Under the pieces are notes generated by a model. That model searched no databases and was not told the origin of the DNA. It saw only the letters and a program-made list of their open reading frames with translations. Positions 18,427-27,938 of a stretch of 55,349 nucleotides of DNA are shown here, piece after piece. The translations under genes and the position numbers were made by a program. Source of the stretch: a virus (taxonomy: Duplodnaviria > Caudoviricetes); IMG/VR virus record IMGVR_UViG_3300034025_000046, positions 1 through 55,349 of that record. The stretch is one strand, 5' to 3'. Positions within the stretch are counted from its first letter, which is position 1, and every line of letters starts with the position of its first letter.

Positions 18427-19443
18427 TCAGGCCGCCGGGTTGCTGTCGTACAGCTTCCACTGGTGAAGCGGGTTCACCATCGTCAGCTCGCCCATGAACC
18501 CGATGTGCTGCACGACGGCGTCCTGGTTCACCGGCATCAGCGAGCGGCCGATCTTGTCGAAGTTCCGCTCGGGGTGGTAGCGCATCCGCAGGCTGTCGGT
18601 GTCGAGGCCGTAGCTGGTGTTCGCCGGCATGTTCGAGCCGATGCCGCCCTCCTGAACGATCTCGGCCATGCGCCCCGCGCCGTAGTACTTCAGCGAAGAG
18701 AAGCCGAGCTTGCCCATGTTGGACTCGTCATTGATCCGCTGGATCGCCGTCGTCGCCGCGTCGTATGCGGCGTAGTGCTCGGGCGACATGAGGATCAGAT
18801 CGGCACCCCGCTTGCCGCGCGACCGCTGGGTCATGATCGAGTTCAGCATCGGCCGGATGGTCGTGGCGTTGACCTGTGTGCCGATGGAGGGGAAGGCGGA
18901 GTTGGCGTCGAAGGACGACGTCCGCCAGATCGGCTGTGCGCCACGGTCGATGCCGCCGTAGACGCCCGAATTCACGACGGTCGGGATGGCAAGCTGGAGC
19001 CCACCGAGTTCCTTGCCGCCGAATCGGGTGCCGTTGCCGTGGAGCGAGATATCGACCTCGTCCATCAACTCCATCTCGGCCGCCGCGATGTGGGCTTCCA
19101 TGACGTCCATGAGCTGATTGGAGCCCTCGTTGTTGAGGATCTCCTCGTTCGTCAGGACGACGCTGACCGCGCACATCTTGGGGGTGTATTCGGCGTCGCT
19201 GAACAGCTCGGCCGGCACGGGGTTCAGGAAGTCGTACCCGTTGTACCAGACGGTGGATCCCGTCTTGCCGTAGAGCAGGCGCTCCCGGATGCGAGGCCCC
19301 GAATAGGTCTGGAACAGGCCCTTGCGCTTCAGGACGGACAGAAGCGCGTTGGAATTGGAGACGAGGTCCTGGTATCCCTTGGAGCGATCCTCCAGGGCAA
19401 GAGACAGGATCTCCTGGTTCTTCTCGACTGCGGTTAGGGCCAT
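18427..19443 (-). CDS. Major capsid protein
   Basis: 338 aa after the scaffold; DLVSNSNALL...YSGPRIRERL...GVYGGIDR...W; strong RBS GGAGGGG. Confidence 0.88.
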   Translation of the reverse strand: MALTAVEKNQEILSLALEDRSKGYQDLVSNSNALLSVLKRKGLFQTYSGPRIRERLLYGKTGSTVWYNGYDFLNPVPAELFSDAEYTPKMCAVSVVLTNEEILNNEGSNQLMDVMEAHIAAAEMELMDEVDISLHGNGTRFGGKELGGLQLAIPTVVNSGVYGGIDRGAQPIWRTSSFDANSAFPSIGTQVNATTIRPMLNSIMTQRSRGKRGADLILMSPEHYAAYDAATTAIQRINDESNMGKLGFSSLKYYGAGRMAEIVQEGGIGSNMPANTSYGLDTDSLRMRYHPERNFDKIGRSLMPVNQDAVVQHIGFMGELTMVNPLHQWKLYDSNPAA

Positions 19444-19464
19444 GATTGCCCCTCCATGATGCGA

Positions 19465-20724
19465 CTACCCCGCCTGCGCTGCGGCACGGCGAATGGCGTC
19501 TCTGATTGAGGAAGAGGCTTGCCGTGCAGCCGGGTTTGAGCCGGGCGAAGGCGCGCCTGCGATGGATTTCGAACCCTTTTGGGTCTGAGCCGTCAGGTCG
19601 ATGGCCGGAGCGGCGGGCGGCGGCTCCGGGGTCTGTGCTGGCGCGGTGCGCGCCGAATTCTGTGGGCCGGGTTTCAGGGTGGAGGCCATCTGGTAGGCCT
19701 CGTCCAAATCCTCGGCCAAACCGGCAGTAAGCAGCCGCGAGATGGCGGGACGGAGTTCGTCGAACCGCTCGCGACCCGGCTGGGATTTGAAATCCTCGAT
19801 CTGGCGGGTCATCGTGTCCGCCGTGACTGTCTCTTTCTCCTGCCGGAGCGAGGCGAGTTCATGCGCCTGTTGCGTCGCGAGACGCTCGAAATGGTCCGCG
19901 CGTTGGCGAAGCTGTGCCGCTGCGGCGGCCGTGGCGTTGGCGGCCTGGTCGGGTGCCCGTCCAAGGAAGGCTTCCGCCACCTGCTGGAACGATCCATGGC
20001 CGAGACGCGCCGCGATGGCCTCATATCCCTCGAACGGCGCACGCTGGAACGCGTCCTCCAGCCGCTTCATGTCCGTCAGGGCCGCATGAAGATCGCGGCC
20101 GTTGGCCTTGGCGACCTCGTGGAACTCCCGGAGCTTGCCGAACTCCTCCGCATCGCCCCGATACTTCTCGTGGCCTGCCGTCAGTTCCTTGATGGCGCGC
20201 TCGGCTTCGGCGCGGACGCTTTCCGGTGCGGCGGCCCACTCAGCCTTGGCTGCGGCGGAAAACCGGGCGGGAGGCTCGCCGGCGGTGAACGAAGGCTTGG
20301 CCGCCGTGTCGGGCGCCAGCTTTGATTGGGGGCTGTCAGCGGGGCTATCTGCGGGCTTGGACGCGGCGCCCGCGTCGGGTGCGGATGGTTCCTTCCCGGC
20401 GAACTTACCCGTGGTGTCTCGTGACGGGCCGTCAGCCTTCGCTGGCGCCTGGGCTTCGGCCTTGGCAGGCTCCACCTTGGGTACGGGTTTCTCGGCTTGA
20501 GCCTTCTGGTCGGCCGCCACCTTGTCTGCGGCGCGCCGGATGGCATCGCGCGGCGTGGGTTCGGGCTTTTTCGGCTCGGGCTCGGCCTTGGGCTCGGGGG
20601 CCGCAATCGGCTCCGCGCTGACGGGCTTGGGCGTTTGAACGCCTGGGTCCGGGCTTGCGACCGGGGTGGCGGGCGCAGAAACGCCTTCGGCTGGCGCAAC
20701 AGCGCCTCCGTCTACTTCCGACAT
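19465..20724 (-). CDS. Scaffolding protein
   Basis: Pro/Ala-rich N-terminus, RDTTGKFA motif, coiled coils; upstream of the capsid gene; TAG stop. Confidence 0.75.
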   Translation of the reverse strand: MSEVDGGAVAPAEGVSAPATPVASPDPGVQTPKPVSAEPIAAPEPKAEPEPKKPEPTPRDAIRRAADKVAADQKAQAEKPVPKVEPAKAEAQAPAKADGPSRDTTGKFAGKEPSAPDAGAASKPADSPADSPQSKLAPDTAAKPSFTAGEPPARFSAAAKAEWAAAPESVRAEAERAIKELTAGHEKYRGDAEEFGKLREFHEVAKANGRDLHAALTDMKRLEDAFQRAPFEGYEAIAARLGHGSFQQVAEAFLGRAPDQAANATAAAAAQLRQRADHFERLATQQAHELASLRQEKETVTADTMTRQIEDFKSQPGRERFDELRPAISRLLTAGLAEDLDEAYQMASTLKPGPQNSARTAPAQTPEPPPAAPAIDLTAQTQKGSKSIAGAPSPGSNPAARQASSSIRDAIRRAAAQAG

Positions 20725-20751
20725 GGTACGTCCTGTTTGAGAGGAGCGAGC

Positions 20752-21084
20752 TTAGGCGCGTTCGCCGCGTTCGAAGCGGGCCGTTGCGTGGTCCAGCGTA
20801 TCCTTGACGGCCTGACGGTCGACCTTGGGCCGCCGGCGTGTCTGCAGTCGGGCCGGATCGTTCCCGACCTCGACGACCCCAGCCCGCTTGTATTCCGCCC
20901 GGATGGCGGACTTGCTGTCGTACAGCTGCCCGTTCGTCATGGACTGGACCGGCGACATGCTGTCCGTCACCACCATCGGGCAGGCGAGGTCGGACCGCTC
21001 GACGATGCGGCGCTCGCGTCCCTCTGGGAGCCTAACCGCCCAAGACCAGTCGATGAGGGCGAAGTTGTCCTTGTAGGCGCTCAT
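20752..21084 (-). CDS. Hypothetical protein
   Basis: PMVVTDSMSPVQSMTNGQLYDSKSAIRAEYKRAGVVEVGND; between portal and scaffold. Confidence 0.7.
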   Translation of the reverse strand: MSAYKDNFALIDWSWAVRLPEGRERRIVERSDLACPMVVTDSMSPVQSMTNGQLYDSKSAIRAEYKRAGVVEVGNDPARLQTRRRPKVDRQAVKDTLDHATARFERGERA

Positions 21085-21293
21085 ATGCCTGCGCCATGGT
21101 TGAAAGTGAATGCCGAGACTTCGGCAGAAGCAATAACCGAAATCATAGCGTCGATCTGCTGTTTGTTATTTTCTCCGGCCTTGACGGCAGCCAGCGCCAT
21201 TTCGCGAGCAAGGCCGCCTGGATGCTCATAGCCCTTCTGGCGCCTGTCTTGGATAGCTAGATCAGCCACTTCAAATGCCTGCCGATAGTTCAT
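21081..21293 (-). CDS. Hypothetical protein
   Basis: ATGA overlaps at both ends. Confidence 0.6.
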   Translation of the reverse strand: MNYRQAFEVADLAIQDRRQKGYEHPGGLAREMALAAVKAGENNKQQIDAMISVIASAEVSAFTFNHGAGI

Positions 21294-23689
21294 TCCGGCA
21301 CCGCCACCATCACGTCAGGCTGGGCACTCGCTGCCGCAATCGCCATGTCCGCGTCATGCTGCTCGGCGTCGATTGCGGCAGCTTGTGCGTCGCCAGCGGC
21401 CTGCGCCCCGAGCCTCTGGATCTGCGCCTGGATCAGTTGCACCTTCAGCGCCCCAAGCTGCATGTCCTGCCCGTGCCGTTCGGCGTCCATCGCCCGTTTC
21501 GCATCAAGGGACATGGCCATGCGCTCAAACTCAGCCTGCTTGCCGGCGTTCTCGATCTGGATCGTCTGAACCCGCGCCCCGACTTCGGCCTGCTTTGCTT
21601 GGCTCTCGGCACCAATCGCGGCGACCTTCGCGGAGATCTCTTGGCCCCGTAGCGCCAGTTCGGCCTGTTTGACCTGCATCTCGGCCTGCATCCGAGCTTG
21701 GTCGGCCTCTGCGGCCTGAGCCGCGCCGTCGTCCGGCTTCGGAGCGGGCTGTTCGGCCAAGGCCTTCATCCGGTCCACAAAGTCCTCAACCGTCTGGTTC
21801 ATCTGCCGACCGGCGCGGAACTGAGCCTGCGCGAACCGGATCGTATCCCCCACGAGCGGGGCAGCTTCCGGGAAGGCCGTCAGCACCGGCATGGCCTGCG
21901 CAATGAGCGAACCCATGGCGGTGAGGTATTCCGTCGCCCGTTGCTTCTGTGCGTTCTCATCAGGCGCAATCGTCGAATCGGTCTCGATGTCGAGCACGAA
22001 GGGACGAAGCCGCTCGTCCTTCAGGAGCTTGGTGATCCGCTCCACGGTCGGGAGTTCGGCATGCTTCTCGATCTCTGCATCGAGTGCGGCGATGCGTGCC
22101 TGAGCCTTCGCGAGGCCATCCGTGATGGCTTGTACCTGTCCCTGGGCTTCTTGGAGGATCTGCTGTGCTCGCTCTGGATTTGCCCGAGCGAACCTCATCG
22201 TCTCCAGGTCCTTTTGGGCGCCCTCAATGTCCTTGATCGTCTTCGCGCGCTCGGCCTCTCCGTCCTTGATCTGTTGCTTGAGGTCGCTGCGCTTGTCTTG
22301 CAGTGGCTTGGTGCGCTTGGCAAGATCTGCGTCCGTCTCGACATCCAACTGGGACATCGCAATGAGCGTCTTGGCCTGGAAATTCTCCGCCATGATCTCG
22401 GCCGCGATCCGGACCACGTCGCGAGCGATGCGGACCAATTCGTCCTGGCGATCACGGATGCGGATCGAGCCGTACTGGCTCTTGAGTTGCTGGGCACCGA
22501 GCGTCTCGGATGCCGCCGTGGAGCCCCGCATGATGTCGGACAGGCCTGTGACCTGATAGACGTCGTCGATGAGTTGACGGCGCATCGTGACGAGCTGCTG
22601 GATCGCACCCACGACCATGTCCAGCGGAAGCCAGACGATCATGTCCTTGACCGAGCCCTCGCCAATGGCAGCCCAATTCGACACGGGGACAAGGACGACG
22701 CTGTCGCTCTGCGTCTTGACCGCAGCCTCGACCGCGTCGCTGATCTCCCCCATCCCGGCCGGGTAGAAGCCCCGAAGCTTCACCGCCTCGGACAACGCCG
22801 AAATGCGCCCGGTGAGTTCGTTGATCTCCTCCAGCTGGTCCTTGTAGAAGACCATGTCGGGCACGGGGACCAACGACCCGCGCTGTACGGTGGCATAGGC
22901 GGGTCGCGGACAGGGGAAGAAGCCCTCTAGGCTCAGATGGGGTTCTCCCTCGTCCAGGAGGACGTCAACACCTTCACTGATCCAAACGACCTTGTTTACT
23001 CCCTTGTGCCAAATCTCCCACACGGCAGCTTTCTGCCGTCCGTCGTCGGTATCGTTCGCGTCCTTACGGACCTCAAACGAAGCGTTCTGGTAGGCGTCAC
23101 GCGAATTGGGGTGGAACCGCTTCCGCATCTCACGGCGCGTCATCCACGACCGCTTACCAACCCAGTCCACCTCGCGCCAGCTACGGGCCGGCGCATGAAG
23201 GAAGTCCCGGCGCTGGATATGCTCCAGGCACACCCGCTCGGGATCGTCCTTGCTGCGCTTCTCAAACCGGACCCAGATGCAGCCGCGGGCAGTCACGACA
23301 AGGTCGTCTCGAACGAGGCGCATCAGCCCGTCGATGTCTTCCATCTCGAAGGCAACCGACGTGGATCGCTCCAGCAGCTCTGATGCGGTCTGATTGATCT
23401 GGCGGCGGTCACGGAAGCGGGGGACAACCACCGGCACAGGCGGGCGCGAATAGATCGACGGCCCAAGCACCTGAATGTTCGCCCAGAACAACTGAAACTG
23501 GCGGTCCCGGGTCATGCTGGCGAGCCTGTCCAGGCTGGCATACAGTTTGTCGATGTTGTCGGCCTTGTCGTGGTACGGGCCGAACGCCTTCTCAGCTTCG
23601 GAGACCATCGCAAGCCACGACCGCGAGGACTTCGGCTCCTTGTCGCTGATGGGGTCGTCGGTCTCGACGTTGTCGATATCCTCAGCCAC
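21290..23689 (-). CDS. Portal protein
   Basis: 799 aa after terL; FFPCPRP...GLSDIMRG...ETLGAQQLK...IETDSTI; long coiled-coil C-terminus. Confidence 0.88.
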   Translation of the reverse strand: MAEDIDNVETDDPISDKEPKSSRSWLAMVSEAEKAFGPYHDKADNIDKLYASLDRLASMTRDRQFQLFWANIQVLGPSIYSRPPVPVVVPRFRDRRQINQTASELLERSTSVAFEMEDIDGLMRLVRDDLVVTARGCIWVRFEKRSKDDPERVCLEHIQRRDFLHAPARSWREVDWVGKRSWMTRREMRKRFHPNSRDAYQNASFEVRKDANDTDDGRQKAAVWEIWHKGVNKVVWISEGVDVLLDEGEPHLSLEGFFPCPRPAYATVQRGSLVPVPDMVFYKDQLEEINELTGRISALSEAVKLRGFYPAGMGEISDAVEAAVKTQSDSVVLVPVSNWAAIGEGSVKDMIVWLPLDMVVGAIQQLVTMRRQLIDDVYQVTGLSDIMRGSTAASETLGAQQLKSQYGSIRIRDRQDELVRIARDVVRIAAEIMAENFQAKTLIAMSQLDVETDADLAKRTKPLQDKRSDLKQQIKDGEAERAKTIKDIEGAQKDLETMRFARANPERAQQILQEAQGQVQAITDGLAKAQARIAALDAEIEKHAELPTVERITKLLKDERLRPFVLDIETDSTIAPDENAQKQRATEYLTAMGSLIAQAMPVLTAFPEAAPLVGDTIRFAQAQFRAGRQMNQTVEDFVDRMKALAEQPAPKPDDGAAQAAEADQARMQAEMQVKQAELALRGQEISAKVAAIGAESQAKQAEVGARVQTIQIENAGKQAEFERMAMSLDAKRAMDAERHGQDMQLGALKVQLIQAQIQRLGAQAAGDAQAAAIDAEQHDADMAIAAASAQPDVMVAVPE

Positions 23690-23963
23690 GGAGACTGAGG
23701 CCCGACATCACGCGCGAGATGACGCGTTTACGATAATAAACCGCCCCGCAAGAACGGTCGTAGACCATTAACGAGAACGAAGTTTGGGTCGCACTCCGAA
23801 CGTAAGAAGCGATCACGAACAGCCTCTTTGTGAAGGGAACGCGCAAAGTGATCAAACGACAATCAGAGAAATACCCAACGGGGATCAAGCCGCACCCATT
23901 CCAGTCGCTCAGATTGGGACGGACGAGCTTTCCGTATTTTTTCAATAGCTGAACGCGGGTCAT
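23682..23963 (-). CDS. AT-rich hypothetical protein inserted between terL and portal
   Basis: Overlaps both neighbours; lower GC. Confidence 0.5.
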   Translation of the reverse strand: MTRVQLLKKYGKLVRPNLSDWNGCGLIPVGYFSDCRLITLRVPFTKRLFVIASYVRSATQTSFSLMVYDRSCGAVYYRKRVISRVMSGLSLRG

Positions 23964-25429
23964 ATTCTGATCCTCACGCCGCTCGACGGTATCGGCGGGC
24001 CTGGCAGCATCACTTGGCCCGGCTTCGCCTTCGGAACGGCGGCCTCAATCTTCGGCGGGAGCGCCGAACGCATCCGGTCTAGGAGCTGACCGACTAGACC
24101 CAGCGCATCCACTTGGTCGTCATGGACGCCTGCGGGGAACCGGAGCATCTCGGCTTCCAGCGCCGCTCGCCACGGTGCCCGGGTCGGGATCCGCAGGCCT
24201 TTCGTGGCGATGAGCCCGCGAAACGATTGAGCGCGGACCGACTTGTCGCCTCGGGTCGCAAACTGCTCTCGGGCCACGTAAGCGTGGCGGGCATGCATCT
24301 CGCGGGTGAGGAAGGGGCCGACGCCGGATTTGATCTGACCCGTCTCTTCAGCCCAACCGCCGGGTCGCCACTTCCGAACCAGGTCGCAGAACGCCGAAAC
24401 CCATGCGTCCGATGCGGCCTGCTCCCGCCACAGATCGACCAGCCACGGGTTGCCGTCGCTGTCCAAACCTAGAACGACATGGACCGTGTAGTCGCCACCG
24501 TTGTCGGTCACGGCGTAATCGGATGCGCCATAGATCGACAGCGCGGCACGAGGTGGGATGAGATGATCCGGGACCGGGATCAGCCATTCCCGTTTGAAAT
24601 AGTCGCCCGTGTCCGGCACCGGCTCCTGCTGATACAGCGCGGACCACGTTCGCGTATCGCTCTCAGCCTTCCGGTCCCGAAGGAACTGGCCGTAGTTGTA
24701 ACCCTTCGGATCGTCCCAAAGCATCTCGCCAAGCGGCCGGCGGAGCGGATCGTCAAGCCCCGTGGACTCTGCCCTGATCTTGAGCCGCCGAAACGGCTTG
24801 CCGATACGCGTAAGCTGATCGACGACGCGGCCCGCGAGGTCATCCTCATGGAACCGCTGGTGCATGAGGACCCGCTTGGCGCCCGGCTTGAGTCGCGACG
24901 AGAAGTCGTTGACATACCATTCCCAGCGCGAGTCACGTATGCGCTTGCTCTCTGCGTCCTCCCGGCTCCCGAACGGGTCATCAATGATGCCGAGGTCCGC
25001 GCGAAATCCCATAATCCCGACGCCAACGCCAACCGCATAATATTCGCCGCCGATCGTCGTCGACCAACGATAGGCCGCTTGACTGTCTGCGGAAAGCGGC
25101 ACCTCAAATGTTTGCTGCCATTGCGTGACGAGGTTGCGAGTACGGCGGCCCCACCGCTCGGCCAAATCGCTTGAATGCGATGACGAAAGAACGTTCTGCG
25201 CGGGTCGCCTCGCCACGATCCAAGCTGGAAACAGCCAATTGACGTAAGTGCTCTTCGCTGAACCCGGGGGCATCTCGACAAGCAGGAAGTCGTTCTCGTC
25301 GCGCTCCAGAGCCTCCAACTCGTCGATGAGCAAAGCGTGATGCGGGGCCGGCTCAAACCCGCAAAGACGCGCGAAGCTAGTGAGGTCGCGAAGCCCCGCT
25401 CGTCTCGCCATTTCCTTCCGGGCTTTCAT
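23960..25429 (-). CDS. terL: Terminase large subunit
   Basis: Walker A MPPGSAKST, Walker B GIIDDP, HQRFHEDDLAG, WSALYQQEP, C-terminal FPAGVHDDQVDA; start 25429 or 25411. Confidence 0.92.
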   Translation of the reverse strand: MKARKEMARRAGLRDLTSFARLCGFEPAPHHALLIDELEALERDENDFLLVEMPPGSAKSTYVNWLFPAWIVARRPAQNVLSSSHSSDLAERWGRRTRNLVTQWQQTFEVPLSADSQAAYRWSTTIGGEYYAVGVGVGIMGFRADLGIIDDPFGSREDAESKRIRDSRWEWYVNDFSSRLKPGAKRVLMHQRFHEDDLAGRVVDQLTRIGKPFRRLKIRAESTGLDDPLRRPLGEMLWDDPKGYNYGQFLRDRKAESDTRTWSALYQQEPVPDTGDYFKREWLIPVPDHLIPPRAALSIYGASDYAVTDNGGDYTVHVVLGLDSDGNPWLVDLWREQAASDAWVSAFCDLVRKWRPGGWAEETGQIKSGVGPFLTREMHARHAYVAREQFATRGDKSVRAQSFRGLIATKGLRIPTRAPWRAALEAEMLRFPAGVHDDQVDALGLVGQLLDRMRSALPPKIEAAVPKAKPGQVMLPGPPIPSSGVRIRI

Positions 25430-25853
25430 CGCCAGCAAGGATCGCGATGAGTTGAGCGTCGGTGAGGCCGCGAAGCTCCCCGTCGATGTCGAGCCGCTTG
25501 CGATCAACGAACATCCCCGCGATCTCTTTGCCGATGAGTTCCAGCGCCTTGTTGCTCGGCCCGAAATCGCCCTGGTCGGCCGCCTGGACGGCATTGTCGC
25601 GAAGGCGCTCTAGAACCCACTCGCGAGATAGCGACAGGCGCTCGGCCGCTTCCTGTGTGGCCTTTTGAGCTTGCGCAGCGTTCTCGGACTGGATTTCAGC
25701 CACTCGCGCTAAAATGCTATTGTCCTGCGCTAGAGAACTAGCGTTGCTCCTATGCGCCTTGAAGCCCGCTCGGCCATGCGCCTCGAACTGGCTGACACCC
25801 TTGGCGAGTTCCTGAGCGAACTTCTCGTGGCGAGGATTGGAGAGGACAGGCAC
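25377..25853 (-). CDS. terS: Terminase small subunit
   Basis: LSNPRHEKFAQELAKG...NKALELIGKEIAGMF; upstream of terL. Confidence 0.85.
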   Translation of the reverse strand: MPVLSNPRHEKFAQELAKGVSQFEAHGRAGFKAHRSNASSLAQDNSILARVAEIQSENAAQAQKATQEAAERLSLSREWVLERLRDNAVQAADQGDFGPSNKALELIGKEIAGMFVDRKRLDIDGELRGLTDAQLIAILAGDESPEGNGETSGASRPH

Positions 25854-25854
25854 T

Positions 25855-26142
25855 TCACACTGCCCCTTGCCGCTCGATCCCGATGAGCGTGTCGTCGGCC
25901 TGCGGGATGGCGCGGAGGATCTCGTCCAGCTTGGTCTGGATCGCCTTGGTGTCCGTCGCGCCCGCTACCAGGATGATCCCAGCAATCACGATAGCCGCAT
26001 CCGACAGAGCGAGGTTGAGCGCGAGGAGCGTCGTGTCAGAAAAGCCGGTGACGGCGTAGGCGATATGGCCGACGACCATCATGGCGATGGTGGCGACGAA
26101 GCCTCTCGCGCTGGAGAGGAACGTGGCGAAGCGGGGGATCAC
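25855..26142 (-). CDS. Low-affinity iron permease (Fet4-like) family small membrane protein
   Basis: Two TM segments with GFSDTTLLALNLA...DTKAIQTKLDEILRAI...LIGIE, matching the Fet4-like consensus FSD.WQL.IN...D.KA.Q.KLDEL. Confidence 0.7.
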   Translation of the reverse strand: MIPRFATFLSSARGFVATIAMMVVGHIAYAVTGFSDTTLLALNLALSDAAIVIAGIILVAGATDTKAIQTKLDEILRAIPQADDTLIGIERQGAV

Positions 26143-26241
26143 GTCAGAACCTTGAGCATGGCGACCTCGACCTCGTCCGCGCTCATGGTGGGGACCATGA
26201 GTAGGAATATACGTTTCCACGATGTTTTTTGAAATCGCCGC

Positions 26242-26276
26242 TTGACGCCCGCATAGTTGTGTCCTAATTATAGGAC
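26242..26276 (+). promoter_or_regulatory. Promoter with a palindromic operator for a two-gene moron
   Basis: TTGACG -35; GTCCTA-ATTA-TAGGAC palindrome (26261-26276) covering the -10. Confidence 0.65.
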
Positions 26277-26317
26277 GTCGGAAGGGGATTGGCCCCGCCG
26301 CATAAGGGAGAGACCCG

Positions 26318-26563
26318 ATGAAGACCTTCAGGCTCGCTGGCTTCGACAAGATCTCCGAGACCGAATTCCGGCCCGGCTACCTGTTTCTGACGCGTACGGA
26401 CGAAGGCCAATTCATCGATCGGGATGTCGGCGCTCCCGTCACGGCGAAGCGTTATGCCATGTGCGACGGCGTGCTTGCCGTTAGCATCACCAATGCTCTC
26501 GCGTGTGGATCCTTCGAGCCGAACGAGGGAGAGTGCGAGCGGGTCGGTCTCCCCATCACATGA
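26318..26563 (+). CDS. Hypothetical protein
   Basis: RBS AGGGAG; stop overlaps the next ATG. Confidence 0.65.
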   Translation: MKTFRLAGFDKISETEFRPGYLFLTRTDEGQFIDRDVGAPVTAKRYAMCDGVLAVSITNALACGSFEPNEGECERVGLPIT

Positions 26564-26781
26564 GCCGCCTACTGGCTGATACCGGCCGCGCCCTTTATGG
26601 GGAGCGATGGCAGTCCGAGATCGCCCGCGCGCTGGGCGTCTCGGATCGCACTGTCCGGAGATGGGTCGCGGGCGATGATGATCCGCGCCCCGGCGTCTAC
26701 GTGGATCTGCTGCGTCACGTCGTAGATCGGATCGTGGATCTACACGAGGTCGAGGAGCGTCTGAAGCGCGCCAGGTCGTGA
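26560..26781 (+). CDS. Small HTH DNA-binding protein
   Basis: WQSEIARALGVSDRTVRRWVAG. Confidence 0.8.
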   Translation: MSRLLADTGRALYGERWQSEIARALGVSDRTVRRWVAGDDDPRPGVYVDLLRHVVDRIVDLHEVEERLKRARS

Positions 26782-26859
26782 CCTCGCGCGTGAACTAAGG
26801 GGTCGCTCCTAACCCCTCAGAGCAAGCGGCCGTCTCAGCCCGGGGCTGCGGCGTCCTCG

Positions 26860-27066
26860 TCAGGATCTCATCTTCCGCCGACCTGGACGGTTCGTAACCT
26901 TTAGGAGAAGGGCAAGGCCGGCCAGCGGTGCGCGCCAGTACGCCATATCACGGGGTGCCATTCGTTTTACGTGAGGCCCGCGCCTACCCCTCGCCTTGCA
27001 CACATACCAACGGCACGATGAGTACGGGGTGCGGCTTCTCGGAAGAGCCCAAAGCCCTATGCTCAC
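26860..27066 (-). CDS. Basic hypothetical protein
   Basis: GTG start with GAGG; co-oriented with the late genes. Confidence 0.35.
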   Translation of the reverse strand: MSIGLWALPRSRTPYSSCRWYVCKARGRRGPHVKRMAPRDMAYWRAPLAGLALLLKVTNRPGRRKMRS

Positions 27067-27138
27067 ATCCGCCTCACGATGACCTGACCGGATGCGAGAG
27101 CACGGACAGCGGAGAGAGCGGGACAGATGGGGCGCATG

Positions 27139-27399
27139 TCAGATCGTGACCGTCGTATTCACTGGGTCATCGTACGTGATCTTGCAGGGTCCGAGGGACG
27201 ACGGATTGATCGGCGGCGGCCACTGAACAGGCGGCGGCTTTGAAGGCGAGACGATCGGGCCAAGGCTCGCCAGACTCGGCAAATTAGGCGCGACGGTCGC
27301 GAGCTTAGCCCGGATCGCTTCAAGATGCTCCGGCGTCGGATCGCCCTTGGCGCCTTCGACGAAACCGTCGAGCCAAGCTCGGAAATCGTTGAGCGTCAT
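27139..27399 (-). CDS. Hypothetical protein
   Basis: MTLNDFRAWLDGFVEG..., a common type of small phage protein. Confidence 0.65.
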   Translation of the reverse strand: MTLNDFRAWLDGFVEGAKGDPTPEHLEAIRAKLATVAPNLPSLASLGPIVSPSKPPPVQWPPPINPSSLGPCKITYDDPVNTTVTI

Positions 27400-27527
27400 C
27401 GTCCACCCTGCGCTAGCTTCTTGGCTGATGCCTGAATGAGGCGGATGAAATCAGCGAGGTCCATGGCGGACAGCCTCAGAAAAATTACCGGGTGTTTCTG
27501 TTTCCAAGCACACCCGGCGAAGCTCAT

Positions 27528-27845
27528 TCAGGCCGCGTCGGCCTTCCATTCCGAGAAACGCTGCATCCGGTCCCGGATGTCATCTGTCCCGTACTTCTTG
27601 ACGAGATGCTCGACCCGTTGCCAGGCTGGCCGCTCACGAGGCGTTGGCCTCTCCATCGCGACGTAAGCACGGCCTCGAAGGAACCCGTAGGCGAGAAGCG
27701 CTGCGCGCGCCTCTCGACGGACGTCGATGATGCGATGGGTATGCAGCGACGTCTTCGTATCGCCGCGATGCCGGCGCTCTTCCTTGCGAATGATAACCGC
27801 CTCGGCTGCGAGGCTCTTGATCTTGACCTTGAGGAACACGTTCAT
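27528..27845 (-). CDS. Basic hypothetical phage protein
   Basis: LKVKIKSLAAEAVIIRKEE...LHTHRIIDVRREARAALLAYGFLRG; RBS AGGAG. Confidence 0.7.
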   Translation of the reverse strand: MNVFLKVKIKSLAAEAVIIRKEERRHRGDTKTSLHTHRIIDVRREARAALLAYGFLRGRAYVAMERPTPRERPAWQRVEHLVKKYGTDDIRDRMQRFSEWKADAA

Positions 27846-27938
27846 CTTCGGATCTCCTGTTTCAGAATCGGCTGAATTGAGCCGAGAAACGGAGGTCCTC
27901 GCTGTCGAGCTACCTAAGCCATGATCGTCTCCTGTAAA

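Noticed and set aside
25377-25429. terS-terL fusion by amber readthrough
   Set aside because: The genes are in different frames; readthrough of the terS TAG meets TGA after 7 codons
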